Part shown: piece after piece, positions 27,290 through 38,559 of the stretch | Position numbering within the stretch: position 1 is the first letter of the stretch | Layout of the letters: each line of letters starts with the position of its first letter | Assembly: GCF_030144855.1 (NCBI RefSeq) | Contig: NC_082728.1 | Coordinates: forward strand, 33,108,001-33,172,000 | DNA from: Hypanus sabinus | Lineage: Eukaryota | Direction of reading: 5' to 3' | DNA length: 64,000 bases | Position numbers and translations under genes: made by a program | The notes under the pieces: model-generated | Told to the model about the DNA's origin: nothing | The model's input: only the letters and a program-made list of their open reading frames with translations | Databases searched by the model: none

Positions 27290-27720
27290 TTGAAAAATGG
27301 GGAATGTGATGTGGGGAGAGGAGGGAGAAGCAAAGGGCCTGTGTGGAAGAAAGGTCAAATAATCCACGGCAGAGAAGAGGGGATGAGGGGAGTGGAGAAA
27401 TGAGGAACTGGAATCAGAGGGAAGTGAATGAGAATTGAACTGGAGAGCGAAAGAATTAGAGGGGAAAGAAGAAGGTGTCAGATGAGAATAAAGAGGGAAC
27501 TGGGAGGAGTGAAAAGTAGATTCATGAGATGAGCACAGGAGATTAAAAGGGGGGAGAGGATTGGAGGGGTTTTGCAAGTGGAAGGACAGAAGGAATCAAA
27601 GGGGAGTGGAAGGAGTGGAGGCCAGAGAAGAAGGGATTGAAGGGTAGAAATGGGGAGTGGAGGGCAAACAGAAGCAATAGAAAGGAAGAGCCTGGGAGTA
27701 GACGTCAAAGAAAGCAAACA
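27290..27720. repeat. Purine-rich (GA) low-complexity tract
   Basis: Strong G/A bias on the plus strand with degenerate GGAG/GAAG units. Confidence 0.7.
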
Positions 27721-28493
27721 TCAGGGAACGAAGCATAAGAATCAGAGGGTAATAGAGTCTAGTCGATAAAGAAATGTGATGATATTTAGTTCTATTTGTT
27801 CTATATCATGTCAAGATCATAAATCTCACCTGTTTGTTATCTTCTGGCATGTCAGTCAAGAGAGGTGACACAATATTAACTTACATTTCAAAAGACTAGT
27901 TTGCTGAACTACTTTAGTTCCTTTTCTGAAAGGGTTATCGCTAATTATCACAACTCTGAGCTGTGGGTCTCTTCTCCCTACCAAAGAGGAATTCTCTCCA
28001 GCTAATAATGCAAATCAAATTCAATATTCAAAAACAAATAAAAGTTGTGTCTTCTCATTCACTCCTTACTGCTTCTATCTTTAAAGTTGTTCTATATTTA
28101 TGTTTACTGATTGTCTTGATATGGCATTATTAACATGGACAGTTTCTGTATCTGTTGTTTAACTTTGAGGTATTATTGTCCATTATTACACAACTGCAGA
28201 CGAACAAAGTTTATTGATTTGAGCTCGACAGGGATTTCTTCTATATTTAGAAATTGAGGGTAGCAATATTCTGGCCAGAATAAGCATTTTGTTGATCTGT
28301 CCAGTGAATAGTTATCACAATGCATTAATGGAGAGTAGGATGTTTCTGAGAGTGGCTGAACAGAGATTTGGGGGAGAATGTGCTCACACTCCTACCTACC
28401 ATCATGTTGTCAAGAAACAGTATTCTGCAGTAGCTATTATGCCTGGTTTTAAACAGTAAGCCTGAACCCCCGTCAATATTGTAAATTCATACC

Positions 28494-28523
28494 ACACACA
28501 CACACACACCGCCCCCCCCCCCC
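28494..28523. repeat. (CA)n microsatellite followed by poly-C
   Basis: CACACACACACACACACCGCCCCCCCCCCCC. Confidence 0.9.
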
Positions 28524-29599
28524 CAAAATATAATGTTCTTATTGTACTCTACAGACAACCTGGTTTGTTGCAAGTTTTTTTTTCTGGAAAGGATGTCACT
28601 TTTCTGCTGTGAAATATGTTATCAGAAAGGTAATCAAAGGTAATGGAATATTATATGGTTGTATCACTAAAGGAGTATTCCAAGGGTCTGGATTATTAAT
28701 CTGGAGACACTGAATATAAATCCCATTGTGGATGTTTCAGTGTGGAAATTGCAGTAAGGCAAGGGTTAAAATGGGGCACTGATAGCACAGAATGTGGAAG
28801 TTCAGAAAGGTAAGAATTAATATGATAAACTGACACAAACTGTCATCACCCAGACTGAAAATGGCCCTTGGAAGCCTGACTCTCCTTTGCACAGACTTTC
28901 TGTTCAAGCCTGGGGACCAAGGTTACCAACATTCGATGAAGGTGCAAACAGAGGATTCTAGGACACACTTAATATTGCACGCTTATTTCACTAATACCTC
29001 AAGTACAATTGGTGTTTAACACGTGTATTTAATTGGTTTTTGATACCTGAAATATGTATTATGATTGGTACCTAAATATGCAAATGATAGAATTCAGAAG
29101 TACACTAAGTTTATATTGAATCAATATCTGCCAACGAGTCATTTTGTGTATAAAAATGGCATTTCCTTGTTCGAACTTCAGGATAGTTTAGTGACAGGAG
29201 CTGAACTGTTCTTCTTGTGCACAATTATATAAAGTGTGATTGAGGAATGAGGGTGAGTTGTCAGAGTCCAGTTAGTCAGTGATGATACCAGGCTCATAAT
29301 GCAAAAACCAAGATTGTTAATCTAGAGTCACTGAGTACAAATTCCACATTGGATGTTTGAGAACGGAATTCTATTGATTATACAACTAGCGCTTTACATT
29401 TAAGGCACAGGTCCACAGATGAATGGGCTGAAAGCCTTTGGGCTGGGACTCATAGAAGATCATGTGGTTCAATCTGTTGGCAAAGAAATCAAACAATGGA
29501 GAAATAAAAGTCAAAGTTCAAATTTATTTCCCAAATTAGGTCAGTAACATTGCTAATCACTTCACAAAACAATTTTTTAAAAATCCCACAGCTTTTGGC

Positions 29600-30115
29600 C
29601 ACCTAATTACAGTAAGGATATTAATAAGGTTGAAAGAGTGCAGAGAAGGTTTACAAGGATGTTGCCAGGACCTGAGAAACTGAGTTACAAAGAAAGGTTG
29701 AATAGATTAGGACTTTATTCCCTGGATCTTAGGAGAATGAGGGGTGATTTGATAGAGGTGTATAAAATTATGATGGGTATAGATAGTGAATGCAAGCAGG
29801 CTTTTTCCACTGAGGCCGGGGAGACCCAGAGGTCATGGGTTAAGGGTGAAGGGGGAAAAGTTTAAAGGGAACATTGAGGGGGGCTTCTTCACGCACAGAG
29901 TGGAGGGAGTGTGGAATAAGCAGCCAGATGAAGTGGTAAATGCGGGCTCACGTATAACATTTAAGAAAATCTTGGACAGGTATATGGATGAGAGGGGTTT
30001 GGAGGGATATGGCCCAGGTGCAGGTCAGTGGGACTAGGCAGAAAAATGGTTCAGCACAGCCATGAAGGGCCAAAAGGAATGTTTCTGTGCTGTAATGTTC
30101 TATGGTTCTATGGTT
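29600..30115 (+). mobile_element. CR1 3' fragment
   Basis: VQRRFTRMLPG..RRMRGDLIEVYKIM; tail TTCTATGGTTCTATGG. Confidence 0.85.
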
Positions 30116-30208
30116 TTCACTCTTCTGACAATAAAAATAAAGCAAATGACACTCAATTTTCATTTTATTTTAATTACTCATGTAACACTCACCCAACAGG
30201 CTGATATC

Positions 30209-30767
30209 TGTCTAGGGGAAAATGAGATCCAGCCACACACCACCCCCACCTCCCGTACACGCAGGTGCTGTGGGAATTAAGCTTATGCCTCGCGCACGCA
30301 CACAGTATCAAATTCACACCAGATACCGTTATGAAATACACTTTAAAGAGTTTACTAAAACTAAAAGAGTACTAGGCAATACAATATATATGATAGAAAG
30401 GAAAAAGCAAAAGGCGCTAACTTATCAAAGTTCAGTCAGTTTAGTGCACATCGATGGAGCTCAACCATCGAACCATTCGACCCCTCATCACTTTCCTCTG
30501 ATGTCCACTTCTTCGCACCTGGGACCACCCCCTGTTTTTCAACAAAGCAGTGCAGCGCATGTCCACCTTCCTCGGCGTCTTCTCCTGAAAACCCCCCAAG
30601 CTCCCAGCCTCACAAGACAAAATAACATTCCCCATTGGTTAACAAATGAATACAATCCCCATATCAGCAAGTCTAAAGCTAAACAACTGTGAGAGAAACG
30701 CTTATCAAAGAAGCATTCCTACTCTTAACAAACCAAAGAAGCCATTTTGAGTAACATACACAGGACA
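30209..30767. mobile_element. Probable solo LTR (family B)
   Basis: TGTC...GACA termini and LTR-like composition; no clean TSD seen. Confidence 0.4.
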
Positions 30768-31242
30768 TTGTACACTCACTCGAACTGAATAGTATTTTTA
30801 TGAGGATCCGCTACAGGAAGTGATGTATATTAAGGTTGCAGTCACCAAATGTTAGGGTTTGATTTTAAAACCTTACATTGTTACAGCCAGCTCACATTCA
30901 TTGGCATGGCTCACATAAGCGATAGTGTAGGATAGCAAGACATTAGAAATGGTTAATGTATCTAAGTACTTTTAGGAGGAAAAGAAGAACAATGTATAAA
31001 ATACATGTAAAAATATCAAATTAGCAATGTCACTGGGCTATGTACATAAAAGAAATTAAAGTAGAAATACTTAGAAAATAAGCAGAAATTTTATTAGTAA
31101 ATTTAGATATTCTAATCCTTAAAACATAGAAAAGACGACTGATCAAATTATAATCTATAATATTGCACGTGTTCACTGCATTTGACTTAAAAGACAAAAC
31201 ACAAAAAATTTTAACATACACAATTGATATGTTATAATAATA

Positions 31243-31580
31243 GACAGCCGTCGATCTCAGGAGATCATGGGTTTGCGCCTCTGGTGGGCTGTGTCCTCTC
31301 CAGGGTGCAAGCCTGGGTGGGAAGATTTGAAGAACCAGCTGTTGCCCATGCAGTGGGTTCATCCTTGCCATGTCACTGATGTAACCCAAGGGAAGGGCAA
31401 GTGCCGATACAACTTGGCACCAGTGTCATCGCAGAGTTGCCAGAGTGAAGCTGCAAACATCATCAAACTGCCTAAGGGACCCGGGCTCCGGATTTCTTCC
31501 TCGGGGTTTACTCACGAAGACTTTCCCATGAGTCTGTATGGCCACCAGACAGCGGAGGTTTAAAATCAGTTTTCCTTCTC
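31243..31580. mobile_element. RTE-like 5' UTR or SINE-like interspersed repeat
   Basis: GC-richer block ending GGAGGTTTAAAATCAGTTTTCCTTCTCC; resemblance from memory only. Confidence 0.35.
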
Positions 31581-33269
31581 CATACATACGATACAAATGG
31601 CAAAAATGTGTAGTATTCTACTTACATAATACTCCTGCTTCTATTTTGGACAGAAGCTGACTACATATCACATTTCATTGTTTTAGTTCCTGAGAAGTAC
31701 AGCTCAGCGGAAAAATGGCTTAATGGATTCATTCAACAGGAAGCAAACTTTCAAAGTGCAACTGAGCTTAAGAGCTTATTCTCTCTTCATTGCCTTATAG
31801 GATTTTGTACACAGGCTTGCTTAGTATTTCAGGTGTAAAACAGTGTCACTCTTTGATACTTGAGACTGATCTCACTGATGAGATTGATTAAAGCACTAAT
31901 AATCAATATATGAAGCCATTAATTTCAGATAAAAGCGATGGTGAAGAGTCCAACAAAGTGCCCGAGTTAAAACTGGGTTCTTATTTTACCCAAGAACTGA
32001 GATTATTAAAAGCACAATTCTTGCTTTCAAGTTATTACAGAGGAATGTCAGAGTTCTTTGTGAAGGATGTTGAAGTTTCACAGTTGCACAACAGAACATC
32101 AGACAGATCAGACATCATATCACAAAATGATGGTTCCTCGATATAAGTTCAAAGTTAGTGGGACAGTCCTCAAATCTGAGTAAATTTTTTAAGCTGTTAA
32201 AGAAGAACAAATAAATTTTGAAAATCATGATGTGTGTGGCTAAAAATAAGTCATTGTTTGAAATCAAACCTACCATTTGATTTCCTGCTTCTTCATAGAA
32301 CTGTCAAGCTAAAAACAAAAGAAAATAGTTATTTATGTTACAGTAATTTGAAGTAAATTAATATTTCTTGATGTAAAAATAATCCAAATTATTTTCCTTA
32401 TTGTTCTTAAACTCCTAATCATGCATACTAAGAGTAGTAACAATGACAGTAATAATGAATTCTGACTTTTTCTGTAATATTCAGGTATTTCCAACAACAA
32501 CGTTATGCAAAAATGATACAATTTTGAGACTGAGACCAGTCTACAAATAATATATCACTCCCTCTCAGTTGGAAATTATGTTACCAATCGATCAGTTTAA
32601 TTGTCTGAAGTAATAAATAATCCAGGTGAAATTATCTCAAATCCTAGCCTCGCAATATGGGTAGTTGAGCGTAGTTTAATAAGTATGCCTGCTGCCAGTA
32701 ACTGTAGACATAAAGATTTATCTCTATCTACTCCCCATTCTTATCTTTCATTTCTTCCCACCTGCCTATTCTGGTTCCACTCCTCCTTTGTTTTCTCCAA
32801 TGGTCCATTTTCCCCTATCAGATTATTTTTTCTCCAGCCCTTGACCTTTCCTGCCCACCTGGCTTCACCTATCACGTTCACGCTAGTCTCTTTCACCTCC
32901 CCCCTCAGCACATTTATTTTCTAGTGTCTTCCCCACTTCCTTCACAGCCCTAAAGAATGGTCTCAGCCTGAAATGTCAACTGTTTACTCTTTTCCACATA
33001 TGCTGCCTAACTTACTGAGTTCTTCCAACATTCTGTGTGTTTGCTTAAAATTCAATCTCCTTTAGAATTTTGTGGAAAACAAACAACTTGCTTATTCATG
33101 TCCTTTAACAATGAAAAAACACTACTCGCAATTGGTCTGGCTCTTTTTTATCTGACAACATTCCTACGTTATTTCCTCAACTATCCTATACACTGGCAAG
33201 TCACTCAATTAACTGCTAAAACACACAGAAACACTTACTCAATGCAATGAAGGCCAGCAAGTCAAAGTT

Positions 33270-33590
33270 CAAAAGTTAAAACTTTATTATTAAAGTGCGT
33301 ACTATCACCATATGTATTACTAGCATGAGATTCATTTTCCTGTGGGCACTCACAGTCGACACAAGGAGATACGACAGGATCAGTAAAAATCTACACAGAA
33401 AGGTGGTCAGACAACCAATGTGCAAAAGAAATTAATAAATAGTATTGAGAACATGAGCTGTAGAGTTGTGGAATCAGTTCAGTGTTGAGGTGTGTGAAGA
33501 TATCCACACTGCTCCGGAGTTTGATGGTTCCAGGGTAATAACTGTTCCTGAGCCTGGTAGTGTAGGACCAAAGGCCCCATAATTTCACAC
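33270..33590 (-). mobile_element. L2-type LINE 3' end
   Basis: TTRLRNSYYPGTIKL resembles the L2 C-terminus; short tandem tail. Confidence 0.55.
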
Positions 33591-33661
33591 ATAAATTATG
33601 TTTTTAAAAGCTTTTCTTTTTTATAGAATGTTCTCTCCAGCACCATTTGCTTTACCCAATA

Positions 33662-33717
33662 CTACATCAATACTTGCTGCACTGTACATGATGGTAGTTT
33701 GATAACAGAATCAGACC
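33662..33717 (-). CDS. B7-like gene, putative last coding exon (G)SDSVIKLPSCTVQQVLM-stop
   Basis: Acceptor CTCTGATTTACCTTCTGCAG; phase-1 compatible; stop TAG at 33664-33662. Confidence 0.4.
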
Positions 33718-33872
33718 CTGCAGAAGGTAAATCAGAGCATTCCAGGGTGACTCATCTGGTGAGTCTTTCAACGAAAGTGTGAATATGGTGAAAATATCTG
33801 CACATTCTGAGGCCAGGATTTGGATTAATTGATTATATAATTTATCATGGTTTATATTGGTACTTTATCTAC

Positions 33873-33911
33873 CTATCCCTGTAAAGATCCACTGCAGACA
33901 GGACTTCAAAT
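33873..33911 (-). CDS. B7-like gene, short cytoplasmic exon (D)LKSCLQWIFTGI
   Basis: AAGCAG acceptor (tandem AG, alternative start 33914), GTAGAT donor, 39 bp, phase 1-1. Confidence 0.5.
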
Positions 33912-34135
33912 CTGCTTGTGTTTGGAAGGCAAATGCACAAATACATACACAGCCCTGCTAACAATCTTGACCAGCCAGCTATAGATCATAACAATTGGCA
34001 ATCATTAAAGTTTTCAGTCTTTCACAGATTATGAAATTATATTTTATATTAATCATTGATTATCTATGCATAATTTTTCACCAATGATTAATACTTTGAG
34101 TTACAAGCATTCAGAAGTTTGCTGAAATATTGTAC

Positions 34136-34276
34136 CTCGATGGCGCCTTCTCCAGAATTTCAAAAGACCCAGGAGGAATATTCCAGCAGCAAGACCTCCA
34201 ACAATGATACCTACTGATGTGAGGGATTTTCTCTTTCTTCCTTCAGTGTGTTGATTCTTAATTGGCTGATATGCAA
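34136..34276 (-). CDS. B7-like gene, transmembrane exon
   Basis: TTTTCTTTTAAAAG acceptor, GTACAA donor, 141 bp phase 1-1: (I)AYQPIKNQHTEGRKRKSLTSVGIIVGGLAAGIFLLGLLKFWRRRHR, a hydrophobic helix followed by a basic stop-transfer. Confidence 0.85.
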
Positions 34277-35713
34277 CTTTTAAAAGAAAAAGCAGAATAA
34301 GCCGTAAATTTCACCATCAATCTTCATAAGAACACTGATGTAATTTGCTTATATACACCACAATTTTTAAAAATCTGTCATATTAATCTCCAAGCAAAAC
34401 TGTAATTTCATAACCACCCTGGAACAAACACCCGCGAGAGCTAAATATAGCCTCTAAAGCATAACAAATGTAAGAAAAAGAAGAATGATTGGAACAACCA
34501 AAGTATAACAACTTCCCTATCATTCAATGAGATTGTGGCTTTTATCTCAGCTGTATTTTCATACACATTCCCCGTATCCCTAAATACCCAAACTTCTATT
34601 TATCTCAAACATGGAAATATTTGGCGACTCAACTTCTGCAGTCTCCATTGGTAGACTGACTGGCTTCTGATGAAGTCCTTCTTCTCATCTGGGTCATGAA
34701 AGGACAACCCTGAAGTTTGAAACTGATGCTGTGTCCAGACACCTCAACCAGGGAATATCAACAACATGTGAAGAACCGTGATAATTTTGTACCTTCCAAT
34801 GAGAAAAACACTGATTTTTTTTAAATTTAAGGGAGCTTAGATCAAAACCCCTATTTTAGGAATTAACCTGGTTGCCCATTGCTCCAGTCTCTCTACTGCA
34901 AACCCATAGGCAAATAGTATTCCAAATGTTGACTCACCAAGGCCCTCAATAATTGGAGCAAGATGGCCCCATTCTTGAAGTCAAATCATCATGCAGTTGA
35001 AACCTAATAAATAATCTGGCTTCCTACTTATTGCATCATATGGAAATTAAATTTCAGTGATTTGTGCCAAATGATGTGCACATTGCTCTAAGCACCAACA
35101 GCTATCAATTTATCATGAGTTAATGGTGGAGCAGGCTTGACAGGCCAAGTGACATCATCATGTTTCTATTTTTTATGTTCATATATTCAATTGTTTCCCT
35201 GCCCCAGCACTCCCATCTGCTCTCTGTACCTTCCCCCTTTGATTCCACATCTGCCTCTAAGTCAGCCTGACCTGAATTCACCTATCACCTGCTAGCTCTT
35301 GTTCCAGCCCTTCTCTTCACCCAGTAATGGTTTATATCTCTCCTCTTTCAGTCCGGATGGAGGGGCTAAACCTGAGATATCAACCGGGCATTTTTCTTAC
35401 AGATGCTACTTGAACTATTAAGTTCTTCCAACTTTTTCTAGCTAAGACTGATCGCTGCAGTACCCCATTTGTCATGCCTCCCAGACTGAAAATCTCCAGC
35501 ATATTTCTATTTTTTTTGTCCATTTCCCAATATTCAGACTAGGTCAGTATATTGCATCTTGTGACATATGCTAAAATTTGCTTTGTTACACCCACTCAAG
35601 GTTCTTCTGGAAATCCAAATATACCAAGTTGGCAGCATTGAGAACCAGAAATATTGTAGCAATTAGTTAAACAATCGCTTTGCTAATCATGAAAAAGAAG
35701 ATTATGAACATAC

Positions 35714-35998
35714 TTGAGATACTGTTCCTGGCTTCATATTTATGTTCTGCCTCATTCCACACAGCACAAGTGCAGTTATGTTCCTGGTCAGTTTCTGACG
35801 TTATAATTAGAAGTGTGCTGGTGAAATAGATCAGTCCGTGAGCAGTTTTGTTTCCTTTAGTTTTTGAGTTAAGTGTGAGGTTTTTCCCATTGACGGTCCA
35901 ATGAATCTGATCGGAAGGATATCCAGTTGTTTCACAAGTGACCACCATGGTCGTTTCTGTCAAATTAATTAAGGCCAGTTTTGGCAAACTGTAGGGAG
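35714..35998 (-). CDS. B7-like gene, IgC exon copy 2 (membrane-proximal)
   Basis: TTTTTAG acceptor, GTATGT donor, 285 bp phase 1-1; (T)PYSLPK..VTCETTGYP..IHW..NCTCAVWN. Confidence 0.9.
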
Positions 35999-36904
35999 CT
36001 AAAAAGACAGCATTGTATTATTTGATAATATTGGCCAATCTTTCATTATTCCAAAATCTGCCATCCCTGCCATAGTATTCCAGCATGGCCACTGAAAATC
36101 AAAGCTCTGAACACTTAATCATGGCTGAACGCAACCCAATTGCTGTCACAGCACAGGTAGTCAGCAGGTCTCACAGAATAGATACAGCAACCAATGAAAC
36201 CCTGAGCTCTGCCTCAGAGGCTTTCACTTTCATAAACATTCATCAAGGTATAAATATTATTGTATTGAAAAGCTGAACTTCATATCTATGCCAAACAACT
36301 AATTAAGGAAAATAATAACCATCCCATGCTTGACAGACCAGATGACATCATCATGTTTCTATTTTTTATGTTCATATATTCAATTGTTTCCCTCCCCCAC
36401 CACTCCCATCTGCTCTCTGTACCTTCCCCCTTTGATTCCACATCTGCCTCTAAGCCAGCCTTACCTGAATTCACCTATCACCTGCTAGCTCTTGTTCCAG
36501 CCCTTCTCTTCACCCAGTAATGGTTTATATCTCTCCTCTTTCAGTCCAGATGGAGGGGCTAAACCTGAGATATCAACTGGCCATTTTTCTTACAGATGCT
36601 ATTTGAACTATTAAGTTCTTCCAGCTTTGTCTAGCTAAGACTGATCACTGCAGTATCCCATTTGTCATGCCTCCCAGACTGAAAATCACCAGCATATTTC
36701 TATTTTTTGTCCATATCCCAATATTCAGACTAGGTCAGTATATTGCATCTTGTGACATATGCTAAAATTTGCTTTGTTACACCCACTCAAGGTTCTTCTG
36801 GAAATCCAAATATACCAAGTTGGCAGCATTGAGAACCAACAATATTGTAGCAATTAGTTAAACAATCACTTTCCTAATCATGAAACAGAAGATTATGAAC
36901 ATAC

Positions 36905-37186
36905 TTGAGATATTGTTCCTGGCTTCATATTTACGCTCTGCCTCATTCCACACAGCACAAGTGTAGTTATGCTCCTGGTCAGTTTCTGACATTATAATTG
37001 GAAGTGTGCTGGTAATAGAGATCAGTCCTTGAGCAGTTTCTTTTCTTTTGGTTTCTGAGCTGAGTGTGAGGTTTTTCCCATTGACGGTCCAATGAATCTG
37101 AGCGGAAGGATATCCAGTTGTTTCACAAGTGACCACCTTGGTCATTTCTGCCAAATTAACTGCCAGTTTTGGCAAACTGTAGGGAG
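36905..37186 (-). CDS. B7-like gene, IgC exon copy 1
   Basis: 282 bp phase 1-1; splicing gives VVK-APYSLP, the V-C linker motif seen in B7 members (for example VxAPYSKP in CD276); canonical C..W..C. Confidence 0.9.
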
Positions 37187-37875
37187 CTAAAAAGACAGCA
37201 TTGTATTATTTGATAATATTGGCCAATCTTTCATTATTCCAAAATCTGCCAGCCCTGCCATAGTATTCCAGCATGGCCACTGAAAATCAAAGCTCTTAAC
37301 ACTTAATCATGGCTGAACGCAACCCAATTGCTGTCGCAGCACAGGTAGTCAGCAGTTCTCACAGAATAGATACAGCAACCAGTGAAACCCTGAGCTCTGC
37401 CTCAGAGGCTTTCCCTTTCATGAACATTCATCAAGGTATAAATATTATTGTATTGAAAAACTGAACTTCATATCTATGCTAAACAACTAATTAAGGAAAA
37501 TGTAACCATCCCAGGAGACATTTTCCATTCCTTTGAATGGATTCTGCTATGTTTACACCAGCTTTAAGCTGCAAAGCCCTGGGTACAGATTCCTTGAGGA
37601 CACTCTTGGTGCAACGCAGGGGCAACCACTGCCTGTGGGGTATGCCACTACGATGGAGAGATATTGGTTAATTCTCAGCGTTAATGCCAAGGGATCCTTG
37701 CCAGCATATGTTGATGCAACACCCTCAACAATTTTCATCAGCTAACCCTCGTCACTACCTCCTCCCATAGATGCCGTCTGGCCTGCTGAGTTCTGCCAGC
37801 ATGTTGTGTTTTTTTTAATTTCCAGCATCTGCAGATTCATTCACTCGTGTTGTCTTAGAATACACTGTTACTCAC

Positions 37876-38202
37876 CTTTAACCACTAAAACGATGTCAAC
37901 TTCCTGATATCCCACATCTGTATCCAAAAAGTAAATATATTTCCCACTATCTGAAAGTTGTGTTTTTTGAAGTACCAACGATACATTTTGTAGATCTGGA
38001 GAAAGTAATTTAATTCGATCCTGAGCTTTCCTGAGATTATGACTTCCATTAAACTGAAAAATAGGTCTATCATTTCCATCATCTTTTCTCAATTCAATGG
38101 TTATGGATTTACTTGGCTTTGCTGTTGTCAGGTTGCATGGCAATATCGTGTCCTCGTTCAATATTCCCGTCACCGTCTCCTCGCACTTCAAAGTCACGAA
38201 CT
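37876..38202 (-). CDS. B7-like gene, IgV exon (non-canonical)
   Basis: TTTTTTTGCAG acceptor, GTGAGT donor, 327 bp phase 1-1; DTILPCNL..NVSLVLQKTQLSDSGKYIY V-set pattern. Confidence 0.9.
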
Positions 38203-38286
38203 CTGCAAAAAAATACATCCCATCATCTTCCATTACTATCGTCAGTGTTGAATGAGCTAGTGTCTGAAAAACGATTTACTACTTAC

Positions 38287-38368
38287 CCTGTGCAGAGTAA
38301 ACGTTTGCACACAGCACCAAGTAAAAATATATCTGTAGGTTTAAATCCATTTCCAGAATTCCCTTCAT
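38287..38368 (-). CDS. B7-like gene, signal-peptide exon
   Basis: (MKGILE)MDLNLQIYFYLVLCANVYSAQ then G|GTAAGT phase-1 donor; ATGs at 38368 and 38350; 84-bp intron to the IgV exon. Confidence 0.85.
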
Positions 38369-38559
38369 CTGTCTGCCAATTTAAACACAATACACAAAAA
38401 AATGTTTAAAGATCAGAAATCGGATGTTTGCCAGGAATTTCATATAATGTAAATTCCAAGTAGGTTACAAAAAGGTAGATTGCATCAACTACAATCGATT
38501 CCTCTATATGTTCGATCAATCAGAAAACCTCGTATAAGTAACCCACTGGGTTTCTAGTT

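Larger units (their letters stand above)
35132..37515. repeat. Direct tandem duplication, period about 1190 bp, each unit holding one IgC exon
   Basis: 35132-36324 vs 36325-37515; about 97% identical in introns; CAGG microhomology at the outer ends and CATG at the junction. Confidence 0.97.

Noticed and set aside
27170-27717. Pro/Ser/Leu-rich ORFs
   Set aside because: They are translations of the purine/pyrimidine low-complexity tract; the same applies to ORFs at 17581-18283 and 48509-49266 in the PLE tails.
35667-35713. Hydrophobic intronic read-through after each IgC exon as a GPI or secreted tail
   Set aside because: No canonical minus-strand poly(A) signal was spotted nearby, and AT-rich introns often give such peptides.
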